A stretch of DNA of 64,000 nucleotides from an uncultured Planctomycetaceae bacterium (GTDB taxonomy: Bacteria > Planctomycetota > Planctomycetia > Pirellulales > PALSA-1355). Position 1 is the first letter of the stretch, and each line of letters begins with the position of its first letter. The notes under the pieces are model-generated. The model had not been told where the DNA came from. It made no database searches and saw only the letters and a list, made by a program, of their open reading frames with translations. The translations under genes were made by a program, and so were the position numbers. The DNA lies in contig CAWAUV010000007.1 of assembly GCA_963785305.1 (NCBI GenBank), positions 1,280,001 through 1,344,000 of the forward strand, given 5' to 3'. Below, piece by piece: positions 61,843 through 64,000 of this stretch.

Positions 61843-63300
61843 ATGCGCTGCCTTGTTCTCGCCTTGATTCTGGCCGCGTGTTCAGTCGCGATTCGCTCGC
61901 TCGCGGCGGACGATTTCAGTGCGCAATGCGAGACGGCATTGGAGCGGCTGACTCCGCTGGCGCCGGATTTTCGCCGGCGGATCGTCGATGGCAATGTGAC
62001 CGAGGCCACCGCGAAAGTCCTAGCAGCTTTCCCCGAGGAATCTCGCAACGAAGCCGAAGCCTATACGCTCGGCAATTTATTGTTCGACATCGACGCGAAT
62101 GCCTCGTACGCCCTTCACAAGGCCGCGGCTCTTCCCAAGACGGAGCATTCACTTGTGCTGTGGGAATGGGCAATCGAGCAACACCGCGCGAAGGAATACC
62201 AGGGCGCACTCGATAGCTATCTCGCGTTTTCACGATTGCAACCGCACTCCGCCTCGACTTACGCGCTCCAAGCGGATTGCCTCTTGCGATTGAATCGCGT
62301 TGACGAGGCAATCGACGCCTGGAAGAACTCGGAACATGCGAAAACAGGTTCGATCGAGCAAATGGAGAATTTGGTTTGCGCCACGCATCTGGCTCCCGGC
62401 AATTTGCAACGTCGTGAAAAGCTCCTAGCAAAAGCGCTCTCGGAGCATGATGCCGACGCCGCGGCGGATTTGGTGGCGCTTGATTGCCGCTTTCCGCAAG
62501 ATTGGTGGCACAACGGTCCCCAAAAGGATTTTCTCGCCCACGATGTGCCCGCCGTGCTCACCTCGCTGAACCTGCCCGAAAATGACCTCGCGCGCCGCGG
62601 AATCGCCTGCGCGGCGGAGTGCGCGATAGGATTGGACGAGGCCGGAGAAGTGCGCGCGGCGTTAAAAAAGCACAACCTGATTGTCGACGACTCGCATACT
62701 ATTCCCAAGCACGCCGGCGTGGCCCGGAGCATTTTGGAAGCGGCCCGCGCGTCGAACGCCGTTGACGAGCCAACGCTTCGCGAGTGGTTGGGCGGGCGTT
62801 TGCTCGAGCAGGCACGCCAAAGCCATAACGCGGATTTCTGGCATATGGCCGTGGGCTTCGGCCCGACTGACCCCGTCGGCTCGGCGAAGCTTGAGCATGA
62901 GGCGTGGCGCGATAGCGGCGATGCGCTTTTCGCATGCGGTTTTCTCGTCGCTAAAAACGCGATTCAGCCGCTGACTTTAGACGACGCCGATTTGACGGCC
63001 GCGCGCCAGCAGTTTCCCGACAATGGCGAGATCATGCATGTGGTCTGCGTGGTCGCCAAGGCCGAAAAGAGATTGACGCGGCAACTTCTATCTCAAGCGG
63101 CGCAAGCGGAACTGAACCAGTTCTCATCGTTCATCGCTCCGGCAAGCGTCGTGTTGCGACCGCGATCCGATTACGTGCGATCGTATTTCGGGGAACTTGC
63201 AAGAATGCCCAACGGACGCCAAGATTCACGCGCGATCGCTCGACTGTCCTGCGAGCACATCCTGCCGACATGGTCGTGTCCGCGCCGAAGAATCTCTTAA
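61843..63300 (+). CDS. Exported TPR-containing hypothetical protein
   Basis: Signal MRCLVLALILAACSVAIRSLAA. TPR-like AYTLGNLLF and YALQADCLLRLNRVDEAIDAW. Confidence 0.7.
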   Translation: MRCLVLALILAACSVAIRSLAADDFSAQCETALERLTPLAPDFRRRIVDGNVTEATAKVLAAFPEESRNEAEAYTLGNLLFDIDANASYALHKAAALPKTEHSLVLWEWAIEQHRAKEYQGALDSYLAFSRLQPHSASTYALQADCLLRLNRVDEAIDAWKNSEHAKTGSIEQMENLVCATHLAPGNLQRREKLLAKALSEHDADAAADLVALDCRFPQDWWHNGPQKDFLAHDVPAVLTSLNLPENDLARRGIACAAECAIGLDEAGEVRAALKKHNLIVDDSHTIPKHAGVARSILEAARASNAVDEPTLREWLGGRLLEQARQSHNADFWHMAVGFGPTDPVGSAKLEHEAWRDSGDALFACGFLVAKNAIQPLTLDDADLTAARQQFPDNGEIMHVVCVVAKAEKRLTRQLLSQAAQAELNQFSSFIAPASVVLRPRSDYVRSYFGELARMPNGRQDSRAIARLSCEHILPTWSCPRRRIS

Positions 63301-63491
63301 AATTCGCTCGGCGGCGAGGCAAACCTCGCACCGGCGCCTCCGTCACCCGCCGAGAACGTTCCGCTCATGCGGTTCACTTCGCATTGTATTTTCGTGCATC
63401 ACGGCCGCTTTGGCATACGGCGTGGCGCTTGATCTGGTCATGGCGCGAATCCGAGCGAGTTCGTCAAGCCGCCGGCCCGCGCGAGCCGCGC

Positions 63492-63583
63492 CGCGAGCCA
63501 GATGCCCGGAAACTTCGCGGGCGATGCGTCAATATCAAGGTAACAAAGTTCTTAGATCGTGGCGAACCAGTTCGACCGCCGCG
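63492..63583 (+). repeat. 92-bp direct repeat, copy 2
   Basis: Identical to 61408-61499. Confidence 0.95.
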
Positions 63584-63674
63584 GGTCCCTTATGCTGGCC
63601 TTCGGACGACGTGAGCGTTTTGTTGCTCTGCTTGGAAAGGTCTCGAAGGTGATTGCGAACCGGAAACGCCTGCC

Positions 63675-64000
63675 ATGAGCACTCGATCAAACACTTGCGA
63701 CTGCAATACGCTCGCCGCGGCGGTGGCGCCCGAGGATCTCGCGCGCGGCGATTTCGTGGCCGTGCTGCGCGAGGTGGTCGAGACACCGAGCTTTTTCTGG
63801 TGCGAGGTCGAGCGCTCGGATCGCGCGGAGATCGTGCGAATCGAACGCATTCCGACCGACGATCGCGCGCCGCTCAAAATCAAGGCGATCTGCTTGCCGT
63901 TTGTGTTCGTCAAACAGTTCGATGGCAAGCGCCGCACGCTCGACATGCGCCTGACCCGACTGGCGAGGCTGGATCGCGAATACGCGAAAACGGTCTGGAA
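63675..64000 (+). CDS. Hypothetical protein, runs off window
   Basis: Open frame MSTRSNTCDCNTLAAAVAPEDLARGDFVAVL...PLKIKAICLPFVFVK...LARLDREYAKTVW. Confidence 0.6.
   Translation, partial: MSTRSNTCDCNTLAAAVAPEDLARGDFVAVLREVVETPSFFWCEVERSDRAEIVRIERIPTDDRAPLKIKAICLPFVFVKQFDGKRRTLDMRLTRLARLDREYAKTVW

Noticed and set aside
63365..63470. Gene remnant (LRIVFSCITAALAYGVALDLVMAR) truncated at the 92-bp repeat
   Set aside because: It looks like a membrane-protein N-terminus but lacks a clear start and is too short to support.

Overview
GC-rich bacterial DNA, most likely from a planctomycete. This is inferred from a 'FESLESR'-type planctomycete export motif, an ECF sigma/Ser-Thr kinase pair and IS1380-type transposases. 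About 20 otherwise intact genes carry small frameshifts, which looks like long-read assembly indel error rather than decay. Layout: (1) 1-9.4 kb is an IS-rich accessory tract at the 3' end of tRNA-Pro(GGG), with two independently inserted IS1380 elements, a flavin disulfide reductase-protoglobin pair and an SDR. (2) 9.7-17.8 kb holds an aldehyde dehydrogenase, a ketosynthase/chain-length-factor pair, a TPR protein and an M28 peptidase. (3) 17.9-26.7 kb is a minus-strand pentose-phosphate/acetate/stress operon (rpiB, tal, UPF0182, HAD, ackA) preceded by a riboswitch-like attenuator. (4) 27-38 kb holds DUF genes, a 2OG-Fe(II) oxygenase, a specialised Hsp70/GrpE/J-like cluster and ogt. (5) 38.5-60.7 kb is the standout. 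It encodes three signal-peptide TPR-CHAT proteases, three signal-peptide caspase-like (C14) proteases, a membrane Ser/Thr kinase-TPR, an ECF sigma factor and an exported protein with a papain-fold toxin tip. Seven sites in the intergenic DNA upstream of its genes share a bipartite GCCC(C/T)-N16/17-CG(C/G)T motif. Together this suggests a CRISPR-independent, extracytoplasmic protease-cascade regulon. (6) A TPR gene near the right end is bracketed by identical 92-bp direct repeats. All family assignments come from motif recognition by eye; no database search was run.
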